Shown here piece after piece: positions 51,741 through 64,000 of a stretch of DNA of 64,000 nt. This stretch comes from Saccostrea cucullata (taxonomy: Eukaryota): the NCBI RefSeq assembly GCF_032062105.1, contig NW_026934326.1, positions 186,001 through 250,000 of the forward strand, read 5' to 3'. Each line of letters starts with the position of its first letter. Positions within the stretch are counted from its first letter, which is position 1. The translations under genes were made by a program, and so were the position numbers. Under the pieces are notes generated by a model. That model did not search any database. It was given only the letters and a program-made list of their open reading frames with translations, and had not been told where the DNA came from.

Positions 51741-52518
51741 TTGAGCAAAATAAGGAGAAAAACTTGTGTCCGATTTTGGATGTGTTAGGGTGTGTCAACG
51801 TGAAATTTGATAGAGAATGGTGAATTCGCTGTCTCTGATAAGCGTTTGGATTTTTTTTGTGAGTGACAGGAGAACTTTTTTCCGATAGGAAGTTTTTGTA
51901 ACCAATGAATATTAGATTCACTTTTTTCAAAGGATCGATTTGAAACGGAAGTTATTCTAACGAATGAAATTAGAGAAAATATGAATTTTGTTCCAAAATG
52001 CCCTGCTTGCTTTCTGTCCAGATGACACAGAGGTGTGCTGCCTATATGGTTCATATCATTTTATGATCTCCAAAGAGCGAGCTGGTAAAGCTACAGAGCG
52101 TGGAATGTGTTGGTTTACAATGATTAGCATTCAATGTAAATTTCGTGCTGAATAAAGAAATGTGCGTATATTTAGAGGAAATTTCATTGACAATTTTTTT
52201 CTTTGAAATCTCGGATGACCCAATACCCATGACTCACTGAAAGGTGGAACATCCAGTAACGGTAACCCAGAGTTACGATTCTATCTTAATTAAACAGTGA
52301 AAGTAATGTCAATTGGCCATGCTCTAGATTGCCAAATCAAATTGTCATAACTTAATTTCCGACTTTACTATCAAGAGTCAAATGTCTTAATGTCGTTTCT
52401 CAAGTAACTATCTTTCTGTATTGCCACTATTATCGTATGTCCATTATTTAATGTCCAGTGTGAAATGACTTACAGACTGTTTTGTCATGTGACCATAATT
52501 TTACTGACAGGAAACAAC

Positions 52519-52735
52519 TAACCGACTGTATTGTCACATGTTCATCACCTTACCGAATGTATTGTCACGTGTCCATTAACTTACCGACTGTATTGTCACG
52601 TGTCCATTAACTTACCGACTGTATTGTCACGTGTCCATTAACTTACCGACTGTATTGTCAAATGTACTTGAACTTACCGACTGTTTGTTTCAAATGTCCA
52701 TTTACTAACCGATGGTATTGTCACGAGTCAATTAC
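52519..52735. repeat. 31-bp minisatellite
   Basis: cttaccgactgtattgtcacgtgtccattaa, about 7 copies, degenerate at the edges. Confidence 0.85.
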
Positions 52736-52772
52736 TTTAGGAATCCAGTATATGTAGGGTAGATCGAACCCA

Positions 52773-53400
52773 CTTTTTGTCCCCCGCTTTCGCGAAAGCG
52801 AGGGGACATTAAATCTCATTCGTCTGTCAGTCTGTCAGACAGTCTGTCTGTCCATCACAAAAACTTTAACCTTGCTCATAACTTTTGATTTAGTGGAGTT
52901 ATGACTTTCATATTTCAAATATGTATTTCTACTGACAAGACCTTTCTTAGGGTACCACCAAACTTGACCTTCTGAACTTGACCTTGGAGTTTGAAATACT
53001 TTTACACAAAAATTCCAAACTTTTAGTTTGGCCATAACTTTTGAAGGGTAGATACTAGGGCTTTCATATTTCACATATATATTCTTTGTGGCAAGCCCTT
53101 TCATTGGATACCAGCAACTTTGACCTTTTGACCTTGACGATTTCTGTACTTTTGAAAAAACTTTAACCTTGGCCATAACTTTTGAACGGTAAGGGCTCAG
53201 GCTTTCATACTTCACATATGCTATTCTTGTGAGGAGACCTTTCATTGAATACCAACAACATTGACCCTTTGACCTTGACCTTGGAGTATGACCTACGTTT
53301 TGAAAACTTTAACCTTGGCCATAATTTTTGAATTGTTTGGGCAAGGGCTTTCATACTTCACATATGTAATACTTGTGGAAAGACCTTTCATTGGATTTAA
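52773..53400 (+). mobile_element. HINE-like non-autonomous element
   Basis: T-tract, hairpin gtcccccgctttcgcgaaagcgaggggac, (GTCT)n microsatellite, then ~150-bp units containing tgaccttgacc. Confidence 0.7.
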
Positions 53401-53448
53401 AGAAGTTTGTGCTTTTTGAAATATAATAAAGTATGCAAGATTTTTTAA

Positions 53449-53940
53449 AGGGACATAGACACAGTTTCAGCTGAAAATTTCCAAATTTATTTTTTCATTT
53501 TTTATGTTTACAAATACTTATCCAGTGTATTTTAAATGATTATCAGAAATTTGAATTTCAGTTGTCGAGATACAAGACAGATTTAGAGCTCCAAACTAGT
53601 GTTATGTAAACAAGGCCCGTGTCGTGTTTTTGTTTACATAGGTTAATGCAGTTCCATGCAGATTTTTTCAATAAAGAAATTAATTCTGAATACCAAAAAC
53701 AGTTTTTAATGATTTACTGAATCTTGTTTTGTTATAGATATGATATCTTATATATGTTAACAAGAACATGACACGAGCCTTGTTTACATTTTGAAGCATT
53801 TTAAGTTAAATTCTGTATCTCTTTTGAAAATCAACAAATGAGGTTCATTTTTTGTTGATCAATTTAAATTTCCTTAGTTAGAAATTGTTAACATTAACAT
53901 TGGTTTTCAAAAAATCTGTTGAAACTGTGTCCATGTCCCA
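53449..53940. mobile_element. Kolobok-like MITE
   Basis: TTAA flanks; TIR gggacatagacacagtttca / tgaaactgtgtccatgtccc. Confidence 0.75.
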
Positions 53941-54455
53941 TTAAAAGATTTTGAGGAATTTCATTCTTAGAAAGAAGCATTTTGTACATGTATAACTGTG
54001 TTACTTGTGTAAGGTAAAATGTGCCGTCTGAGTTATATGTGATATGTTTGTATGTCCAATAACGCGGATTGTTATCTGTTTGGCAGCTTAATGTGTCTGA
54101 ATGTATTATCATCAGTACTTTACTCTGTGTTTTCATTGTATGGTAATTTTTATGTTGTCAATGTACTTAAAGACGTCCTGATATATGGAAATATTGTTTG
54201 TGTTTTTTTTTTCGAATCAAAAGTTGCTTAAAACTTATATAAAAATTTCGGACTTTCATTTCCCATTTAATGCCACAATAAACCGTCTATCAACATGCTG
54301 GTATCAATCATTTAGATTTTGAACTGAACGGTTGTCAGTACTTATATTGACATGTTGTAAATTTTGCATTTGATGCCACACAGTAAAGTCTAAATTTAAC
54401 AGGACACTTTACAGCAATAGAAAACATTCCTCCTCTAGAATGTTTCGATATTTTA

Positions 54456-54711
54456 GGCCAAAAAAATTAATTTCTTGGTTCTCAGGCCCTCCTTCATCTC
54501 TTCCAAGGGCGCCTCATTGACCCTTTTTATTGCTAAATCAATAAAATAAAAACAACAAATCACCTCCCTCATCATTTTTTGAGGTTTTGTACAATGTAAA
54601 AAGCTGCCTCATCATGTTTTTGGGGCAATAAAAAGTAAAAAAAAAAATGCCTCCCTCCCTCATCATATTTCTTAAAAGGCCTGAGAACCAAGGAATTAAT
54701 TTTGCATGACC
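54456..54711. mobile_element. PIF/Harbinger-like MITE, copy 2
   Basis: TTA flanks; reverse complement of 43664-43922. Confidence 0.75.
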
Positions 54712-55699
54712 TTAGCATACTTATTTTTTTTAAATGTCAATTTAAGCTACTACATTACTAATACTATAGTACATAGTATACACTATGAAGGACAGTATTC
54801 AAGCAATTCTTTTTTCGTTGTGTTACACATGCACTAACAATCTTGTGCGAGTATTTCGTTCATGATAATCACGGCATATTTCGCTCCATAGACCTACTCT
54901 TTCACTTAAAAAAATTGGATTCTTAACCACCGGACCCCTTCTGTTCATATCAAAGGGCATGGACGTGTAAATTAAAAAAATACTGTTTTTTTTTAAAATA
55001 GATATTTATTTAACGATCAAACATAAGTTCTTAGTCGAGTGCACTTTCCTTTTTTATTCTCAAAATGGGCATCAGATACACAAAATATAATGCTCCAAAA
55101 GGATGACTCCGGAACTTCAGAAGTATACTTGTATTATCTGTGTTTAATTTATGATGTACTTGTGTATTAAATTATTTAAAGTCAATGTACAAGATCTAGA
55201 TCAGGGATTTTAAAGGTATACAACATATCGGTAACTGCACTCCCTTGGATTTTAAATTATATCAGTAGATAATAAATCATATGTACATGCATATGCATTT
55301 ATATTACACATCCTATGCATATACATTTATTTATTTACTTTCCTGTTTTGTATCTTGCATCCATTGCAAGTCAATCGCTTCTTTAAAGGAAAAAAATGTT
55401 GTAAATAAGAGATGAACCATTAGAATGAAAAGAGGAGTAGAAATATCAGCATATTTGGCTTTAAGTTGTTGCTCACGCGTTTTTAGACTTTTTCAAACGG
55501 CCCAAACATGGTTGTAGGTAAGAAGACATTAAACAATATAAACAGAAACGGGGGAATTTATTTCACTGTCGGTTTCAAATGTGACATACAATACAGACAT
55601 AATATCAAGAGTTTACAGGAAGATAAGAGATTGTATTTCATTGTTTTAAAATATACAGGATATTTTTTACTTCAAACAATTAAACATATGTCACGACTA

Positions 55700-56340
55700 T
55701 TCATGAGCTAAAAGAAAGAACGTTTAATTATTGGATAATCACTTTTAAAGACACCATTTTTGCTTTAAGAATATATGGCATTCCAAATAAAATGCTTTGC
55801 ATGGAATTCAAAGAAAAGGACTGCGACAGGGATGTCTTCTTTCACCACTGCTCTTTACTTTCTACATAAACAGGCTTCTGAAAATCGCTACCACTCAGGT
55901 CAATAAAGGAAATGGAGATCCCACCATGCCTTTGGGATTGAAAATACATCTATATAAAATGTAGTAATATTTATGAAATTCCGACGCCAGTTGAAGGATC
56001 GGGGTACCCTATATTTAAGACCTTTTAAAGTCCTCATTATTAACTATATTTATGTCACCTGTAATAATGTGTCCAGCAGGACTATAGTTATATGACGAGA
56101 AAGAACATGAACATGATGGAGGATTGTGTTTCAGATACTCAGTATCCAGGCCATGTAAAGTTTTTTGAAATTGAAAAGTGAAGCAATGGTCGATGTATAT
56201 TTGTAGGAAATACAAGGTGTAATCTTTTAACTTGAAATATGGTAGAATACAATACTGGACCCTTTTGTGATTAAGAATATTACTTATATTAACCGCGTCA
56301 ATTCCTTTATTGGCATATTGAAGTAAAGGAAAAGACGGAT
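55700..56340 (-). pseudogene. Decayed Penelope-like element ORF fragment
   Basis: Minus-strand remnant PSCSC..YNYSPAGHIITGDINIVNN resembles the region upstream of RT in mollusc Penelope-like elements; recalled similarity only. Confidence 0.4.
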
Positions 56341-56556
56341 TGTTTTAGGTGCATTTTCTTCTGTAAAACGTGTAAAAAAAATGGGCCGATGCTACGTGTC
56401 CGCATCTTCATACCTTTAACTACAAATGTATTTACATGTACCACCATTAAGGCGTGGGGTGTACCTTTAAAAAAATACAATCGAACTCTTCAAATGATAA
56501 AAATGTACATTTTATGATAAAAAGGAAGTATTTATTACCAGTTTTGAGAGTAGTAG

Positions 56557-56825
56557 TGTAAGATACATTGCAACCTAGCTACTAGCTTGAGCTTGTAGGT
56601 TAACTCTTTAGTTAATCAAATATGTAGGGTACTGGACTGGCAAGCCAGAGGCCTCGGGTTCAATCCCCAGCAGAGGCAATCAAATGGCTACGCTACATTT
56701 GGCGCCCACGTCGGAACCGGTATGTTCTCTGGCGGATGAGAGTGATTGCTCCTAGAACTTCGAACCAAATGTGTTGGCACCCCAAAAGATATGAGGACAT
56801 CTCATTTTCTGGATGGGGCAATGGA
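56557..56825 (+). mobile_element. Partial miniature LTR-type element: LTR with B-box, tRNA-Lys-type PBS, short internal region, PPT
   Basis: TGTA..gggttcaatccc..gctaca, then TGGCGCCCACGT at 56700 and ggatggggcaa near 56812. Confidence 0.5.
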
Positions 56826-57519
56826 GTAATAAAATGGCTCTGTTGCATGTGTATTATGCGAGCAGATCTTCATACTTTTTATTGCTATTTGTGAACTTGA
56901 CATCAGCTCTGTGAGTATTTGAAAGATGGTTTTCGTATTCTAGTATTTGCTATAAGAATCAGTGGAGGATCCAAGAATGTAGAAAGAGGATGCAAACAGT
57001 TTGGGGGCATGGTAGGGTCCAAACCCACATCAAAAAAACTGATTTATTAAATCTTTTGTATAAAGTGGACCAAAAAAAGCCCCCACCCCCCACCCCCCTG
57101 AGCCCCTCTAAATCCGCCAGTGAGAATGAGTAGCTGAAAAAAACGACCAAGTTTAGCGACTTTCTACAGCTCTCCTCCTCAGTCATAAATTTAAAACTGT
57201 CATATTAAATATGGTTTATATAAAAAGGAGGATTATGGGATTTTATCATTTTAGCAACCTTGTTCTAATTCGCTGTTAAAACGTTGAAAATGCCATGAGG
57301 AAATATTGATCTTATAGGCTAGTCCTTATGAGCCTATCAAGTTTTATTTGCCACTTGTGATCAATCATTAATTCATTTGAAAACAACGACCTCATTGAAA
57401 TTGAAAAAACATCAAACTATAATTTTTTCCTCAGAAATTATGAAAAATGTCTGAAAGTAGATCTCTGAAAATTCGATCGACCTTAAAAAAAGTCGGGCTC
57501 GGAATAATTATGGTGTTTG

Positions 57520-57597
57520 TGTCACTTCCGGTAATATGAAGCATCTAACTGCAAATACGTTCAACTAAACTAGCGTCATATATTCTTCATGGTAAGT
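57520..57597 (+). promoter_or_regulatory. Candidate promoter / non-coding first exon of IP6K
   Basis: ETS-type CACTTCCGG at 57523 followed by a strong donor G|GTAAGT at 57592; linkage to IP6K is inferred. Confidence 0.35.
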
Positions 57598-58106
57598 TAA
57601 ATGCTAAATTGTTATATGAAAGAAACTTGTCAAAAAATTAAAAATTTTGATAAAATCCTTATTTCATTCATGTTGTCGAATACTAAAGCTTAATATCTTC
57701 ATTGAAATACTACAATGAGAAGTATTGCTTAATTTTAGAGGCATGAAATACTCATCTGTATTTTAAATACCATCTGAATTATAATCATAAATTTGTAGGT
57801 AATTCTTACATTGATTTTGAAAATAAAATTGATAATGATGTTCGGATCCATTAACCTACTGGTAAACAAATTACCACTTGACCAAATAAAAAAAGTACAG
57901 TACCTGGCTAAAGTGATTCATAATTTATTTTTTCTACTATATATTTCATAGAAAATGCATTTTTCTTAAATATTATTGCAGTATTTTTTTGTTGCTTATT
58001 TTTAGGAATTAATCACCATAAAATGCAGAATTTGCTGCAGTTTCACTGGTGGCTGCTCTGAAAGTAGCCACTGTCTTGGCACTTGTAACTATTTAGTTAT
58101 AAGTTA

Positions 58107-58479
58107 TATGGTGGCATATTTATGCCATCAACATAACTTTTTGTTAACATAGCATATCATGTCCAATCAAGATCACTGTCTCATAGAGTCATAATAACTT
58201 TCTTGTTTGTCGACAAACGCCGACTTTATATCTTGTCCAATCAAGATAAGCAGTCATATTTTTTACGATAGCTATTTTATTTATGATGCAAGATAAGTTA
58301 TCTCATCATGTCAAGAAAGCTATCGCAACTAATGTGATAGCTTACATTGACAAGATATAAAGTCCATATCTGTCGCCAAATTAGAAAGTTACCATGACTT
58401 GACGAGACAGTTATCTTGGTTTGGCATGATATGCTATGTTAACAAAAAGTTATGTGGATGGCATAAATATGCCACCATA
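58107..58479. mobile_element. MITE with long TIRs and 6-bp TSD (IS3EU-like)
   Basis: TATGGTGGCATATTTATGCCATC / GATGGCATAAATATGCCACCATA; TSD AAGTTA. Confidence 0.85.
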
Positions 58480-61400
58480 AAGTTAATAACACTTCCATCT
58501 GGTTCCAATCTGTCACAGTTCTTAGAGGGGTTTAGATGAATAAACTAATCATTAAAAATGATAATGTCCTGCAATCCCGGTTTAATGGTCAACTATGTTC
58601 CATGTATTATAGGCATCATGACAAAACAAACAATATGCAAGAACTTTTACCTCAGTGCATTTACTATGATCAGTCGAGAGCTCCCAATGTAAACACTTCA
58701 TGTAGGTTTGAAGCAAGTAAAAACTTTGAGAAAGTGTGCTGAATTCTTTCCTCATTATCTGGATTAATTTGACTGGGGGGGGGGGGGGGTAAGAAGTGTC
58801 TTTACTGAGTGAAAAAAGGTCTGTTATTAATTTCATGTCTTTTTCCTTGCAACTTCATTCCTTTTCTCAATTCATTTTGGAGCAATTTCTGCTTATCTAC
58901 ATTGCTGGTACCATATATAGTGGGGAGGGAGGGGGTTGGTAAATTCTAACTGTGGTGAGGGCCTGCCCTGAGTCAGATACACAGTTAGATAATTCTATTT
59001 AGGAAAAAGTGAATGTTGAAAATTATCGTTTTGCAAGATAATTGGTGTAAATCACTAAACTAATGCTTTGATTTATCATTATCTATAAAGTTATATTGAT
59101 CCCAAACTACCAAGCTGTAAGCTAGGGTCGAATGTGCCAATGCAATTCGTAAAAGAAGCAGTTTTTCTATATTAAGGGGCAATGTTAGTTATTTTCATTA
59201 GAAAACCTTTCTTTTCACCTGTCATATGAAATAGTATTTGAAAAACACATTTTAAAAAGAGCAACCCAAAGATTGTACTTTTTCCCTAACTTACTGCAAT
59301 TTATTTTGTGTGGGGGATTGGGGGAGAGTATACAGTCATCTCTAGCAGAAATTACAATACCATAACAAAAAATGTTGACAGTTTGTAACTTATGTCCTCC
59401 CTGAATAAATGTCAGTATTTTAGAGTCTAGAATCTTTGTGATTTATGACCTCAATCGTTTCTTCTAAGATCATGTCTTATTCCTGTATGTCAATGATCAA
59501 TCTATTTCTCCTAATTATAACTAAAACTATGTTAATTTCAATCTCTTAAATGTTTCCAGCTTAATTATAATTTGCTCACATGGTATTATTTGTTGATTAT
59601 AAATTTTCACATCTATCTGTCTGATTTTGGTATTTGTCATCACTCATCAGTAGAATTCATCTCCTAGATATGTAGATCATCATAGTTGTGGTATGATAAG
59701 GTCAGCATTTATTTAGTTAAAATGTCCTGTCTGTGGACACAATTTTTCTAAGGGTCATTTAGTAATTATCATCAGTAACCCTAATTGATAGGAGTTATGT
59801 GTCACACAGTACTGCTTAGATCAATATGTCCAGAGATAGTTACAGATATAAAGTTCAAGGACAAGGGACACGCCCACTCTCCTCAAACTGATAGTAAACA
59901 AATAGTACGATGTAAATGTCTCTTGTCAAGGACGTACACGACATGCACCTCCAATACTCAAATTGAAGTAAACAGTTGATACGGTGTAGATGTTTCTTGT
60001 CTAAGTGTTACTGCTTCTTGAAGACATTCCAGCTTTTTTCAGTTAGCTGTGTCAGCTAATTTGTAAGTACAATGCCACATACTGGAACTTCAAAATACCT
60101 TTAGTTCTGCTTGCTGAGCTCTCTGTTTGTGTAAGTTTTCAAAGCTGAATAACTGAATTTTCAGTGATAAAAGAAACTTGAGGATAATGGAAGGAAGTTA
60201 TAGAAGAAGGACTCATATTTTATTGAATTGGTACACAAGTCTTCCTTGATTTAATGATTTTTTTCCATTTATTATTCTACATGGTTATATAACTCGTACA
60301 AAGAAAAATGCAAATCAATATAAATTTGGCAACAGCTTTTCATTTACAAACAGGCATAGGTTAGACATCTAATACATTGTATCTCATTTCATTGGTAGAT
60401 TTAACATTATGTTTCATGGGAGATATCATATTGCACTGATGCACAGGTTTAAGGCAGAATTGTATGAAGTATAATGGAGAAGTCAATTAATGAAAAACTT
60501 AGGTAACACACATCAAAATCAGATGGTTTATGTTCAGGTTAGAAAAAGGTAGCTGCAGATCTGTAGCTCACTGGTCTGGAATAATTGTGATGGACGACCA
60601 GAGAGCTACAGTGCCACCCATTGAAAAAAGAGTATTTTATTGTGCACAAAAAATGTGCTGTTTCTCGATTTACTTCTTTGTTTATTTATGCTGCCATTTC
60701 AAAATATTGCTAACCATGTGTTTCTAACATATAATTTAACTATTACCACAAAAAAACATTCTCCAAAATGTTTTTAATAGTCTTCCTGGGCCTGAAAGTG
60801 AGACCATCTGAAATTTTACCTTTTTATACTGCTACTCTGGATGGCAAGATCATTCAGTCCATCGCACTTCCTACATGACTTGTCATTCAGTTTTATCCTG
60901 GAAGAAGTAAGAGAATACACAAGCAGTTAGTAATATTCAAGATATAAATGAAATAAATAGAGAATCAGCACACTTTTTGTGCGTAATAATTATAGACTTT
61001 TCAACAAGTGGCACTGCAGCTCTCTGGTCGTCCACCCCAAATTTTTCAGACCGGTGAGCTACAAATCTGCAGCTAAGAAAAAGGGTATTCTTAAAACATT
61101 TTATTTTTCAAAATGTGTCGCACACCTATTATCTTCACACCTTGAATTTTGTTTATTTATTCTGTCAAGTTTGATCTTCATGGTGATTTGACTGTTTATT
61201 GACATGAAATGATAGTTGTTAAATAGAATGACATTTTTTTTTCACATTTATCATTTCCTTGATTTTTTGTAATGAGAGATTTGAAGATACATTAAAATTA
61301 TTATAATTGATCACACAATTAGTTATATCAATATTTCCTCATTTGAAGTGCCTCAAACTAACCTGTTCGTGAGAACTTATCAATAGGATCTCAGAATACC

Positions 61401-62717
61401 AGATGAGCTTCATGAATTATTCAAACAAGTCTTAACAATTCTGGTATTTTCGATTATTACATTAGTTAATATGTTGGATTGAGAAAAGAAAATAACTTTC
61501 TAGTGGCTGTACTCAGATGCATTGCTCCATGGGAAATTACAGCTGCTGAAAGTCATTTAAAAAAAATTGAAGTGTAGTCAAGTAATTATTTTCTTACAAT
61601 GTATTTTATAAATAAACTGAACTTGGTAAATCGAGAGTTTTCAATAACAACTATAATGTTCAATAATTGAAAATGACCTTCAAAATGACACTCTTTTCTC
61701 CCCCTTTTTTTGAACATTGGCTGTGGGTTCATCCACTCCTTATCTTTTTTTTTTTTTACAAATTAAGACTAAAATAGGATGAGAAAATTTTAAGTTTATG
61801 TACATGCAGTGTGGAGTATGTCGAAAATGAATGAATAAACTCAGTATATGTGTAAACTGTAAACACCTATAAATAGCACAATTTTATCAAAATTTAGAAA
61901 TCAATAATCAGTGTTCAGAAAAATAATTTCCTCAAATAAATATTTCCTTATATGATAATCATTGATAGTTTGATGCAGAAAAGGAAGTTTAATTTTACTC
62001 ACAACGTATATACTTTAATAGTAACATTTAGTAAGTGTACTGACTGCGTAATGCATATATTCTACCTAACATCAGTTTAATCATTATTTAAAAAAGAAAA
62101 TAGTAATTTAGTAAACAGGTAGTACATGAAGTCCAGTGTTAAATCTTTTACAGTGAAACTTGTCTATTTCAGATGTTGTATAATACCAAATCTTGCCTAA
62201 TACGGTGTAAACTTTATGTCCTTTTCAGTAAATTTATTTGTTAAAAATTTTGTCTAGTCTGGAATGTTGTCTTATTCGACCAATTTTTTTGAAACCAGTG
62301 TTGTCTGGATTTGACAAGTCATGCTGTACTGTATTTTAGCCTATTTAATGAAGGCTCTGACCTGATAATAATTCTCTCTCTCTGAGTTTGTCCTCGTTCT
62401 TGGCCGCGCTAAGCTTTCGTAGAAGTGGAGATGTAAAGATATCACAGTATTGTTGTGAGCTGCAATGGTACACGTATTGTTATGCTAGTGTAGTATCACA
62501 GTACTCTTGTTACTTCAGTAAAGTATCAAAATCAAGTAACACAAACAGTTATCATATTGTTTATATGTTGTATAACCAGAATTTTAACTGGTAATAAAAT
62601 TGCTTAGGGAGTTTTGTTTTTCCAAGTTATTGTTTTTAAGTTTTGAATTTTTAACTAATTTTAGAAATTAAAAGTTTGAATTGAAAATAAATGTAAATTT
62701 CAGCCATTTTTGGGAGG

Positions 62718-64000
62718 ATGCCAGCTAGCAGTGGTGTTATGGGGGAGGAGTTTGAATCGGTGCCGCTGCAGCCATTTTTACACCAGGTCAGTGGACACAC
62801 GGGGATGTTCCGATTTGACGACCAGACGGTGTGTAAACCACTGAATGTCAGAGAATACAACTTCTACCTCAATGTTCCACACAACCTCAAACAGTTCACT
62901 GCGGAATTCAGAGGTAAGGACCTGAAAACACAACTATCTTCTGTCTGTGCTGACTTGGATCATAGTCTGTATTTTTAAAATGACCTTCAGAAAATGATTA
63001 CTGTAGTTGTCCACATTTCACTATAACATCATGGTTTTATTGTATAATTACATCTAAAATGCTTTGTTTTTTTTATTATCATTGCATAGTCAGGACATGT
63101 TTGCTGAAACACAATGTATTACATTTCTTAACCCACTGCCCTATCTACAGTTCTAATTTAATATACAGCGCTTCATGACATTCAGATCCAATGTTTAAAC
63201 AGTTTATAAACCTGGTAGAGATGTCCTAAAGATGAAAAAAGAGCAGTAATTTCTCAAATCAGTACATAATAAATATGTTTTTTGTCTTTACTTTTGTGCA
63301 ATAAAAAAATCTTTCATAATCTTAAAAAAGGACAAATAACAGGCAAAAATATGCCAATGTTTCATATATGTCTTTCTCAAACAAACAGCTCTTTTTAAAA
63401 AAAAAGAGATCTAGAACTTGGTCTAAAATCAATGAGAAAAGATAATTTTTGTGCCTTGATAGTTTTATGGTAGACCTAGAAAATATATGGTTCAATCTGT
63501 GGATTAGACTTAGTGATTTATGAGAGGCTGAAGTGGTGACCAGCTCACACAGGTGGGTTTTTATCTGGGCAGTCTCTTACTGTACATATTCTGGATCACA
63601 CATTTAATACAGTGAAAACTGTTTAATCTGACATTTGTGCAATCCATCACACTGTGAATTTTGGCGTTAACTTTCTTTACAATTTTACTATTTTCCATGT
63701 TTTTTACACTGTGCAATCCGACACCCTGTCTATTCGGACAAAAAATTCGTCCCCCAGTGCATATCAGATGAGACAGGTTTCACTGTACATGTATCTCAAC
63801 ATCTCTTGGGTAATATTACAATGTAAATTAGTTTGAAAGCTGAATTTATTTTTCTGTAGGAACTATAGAAGTGGAGATTCGTGAGGACAGTGATGGGTAT
63901 GTGACCATCATGGGTCGTTTACCTATGTCAACTAAATGGCAAAAATCCTCTAACGGTGAAAACCTTGCAGGCAGGGCTCAGCAGACAGATAAGAAAGAGG
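62718..64000 (+). CDS. IP6K: Inositol hexakisphosphate kinase, first two coding exons (3'-truncated by window)
   Basis: Exon 62718-62913 VPLQPFLHQVSGHTGMFRFDDQTVCKPLNVREYNFY..FTAEFRG spliced to 63860-64000 TIEVEIREDSDGYVTI; matches the IP6K N-terminal PFxHQVxGH..CKPL signature. Confidence 0.88.
63610..63785. mobile_element. Tc1/mariner (pogo/Tigger-type) MITE
   Basis: TA-CAGTGAAAACTG / CAGGTTTCACTG-TA; a related degenerate element lies near 62151-62326. Confidence 0.65.

Noticed and set aside
52835-53245. 136-aa repetitive ORF
   Set aside because: Chance open frame across HINE-like tandem units.

Overview
AT-rich, intron-rich animal DNA; the repeat families suggest a bivalve, probably an oyster (inference). 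Six host genes can be traced: FAM151/menorin-like (-), importin-13 (+), an intronless CENP-K (-), eIF2-alpha (+), a GAREM-like CABIT+SAM adaptor (+), and the first coding exons of an inositol hexakisphosphate kinase (+, runs off the window). A decayed Ty3/Gypsy LTR retrotransposon with both LTRs occupies 33050-41877. Many non-autonomous transposons are present, many with visible TIRs and TSDs. Most notable: (1) the Gypsy integrase frame continues past two stops into an intact PHD finger of the H3K4me3-reader type, where chromoviruses carry a chromodomain; (2) exon-intron junctions of IPO13 and eIF2-alpha are tandemly amplified into decoy splice-site arrays, and a 27-nt microexon is duplicated; (3) two miniature LTR-type elements carry tRNA-derived Pol III boxes; (4) the Gypsy primer-binding-site region was hit by several tiny DNA transposons. 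All calls were made by eye, with no database searches.
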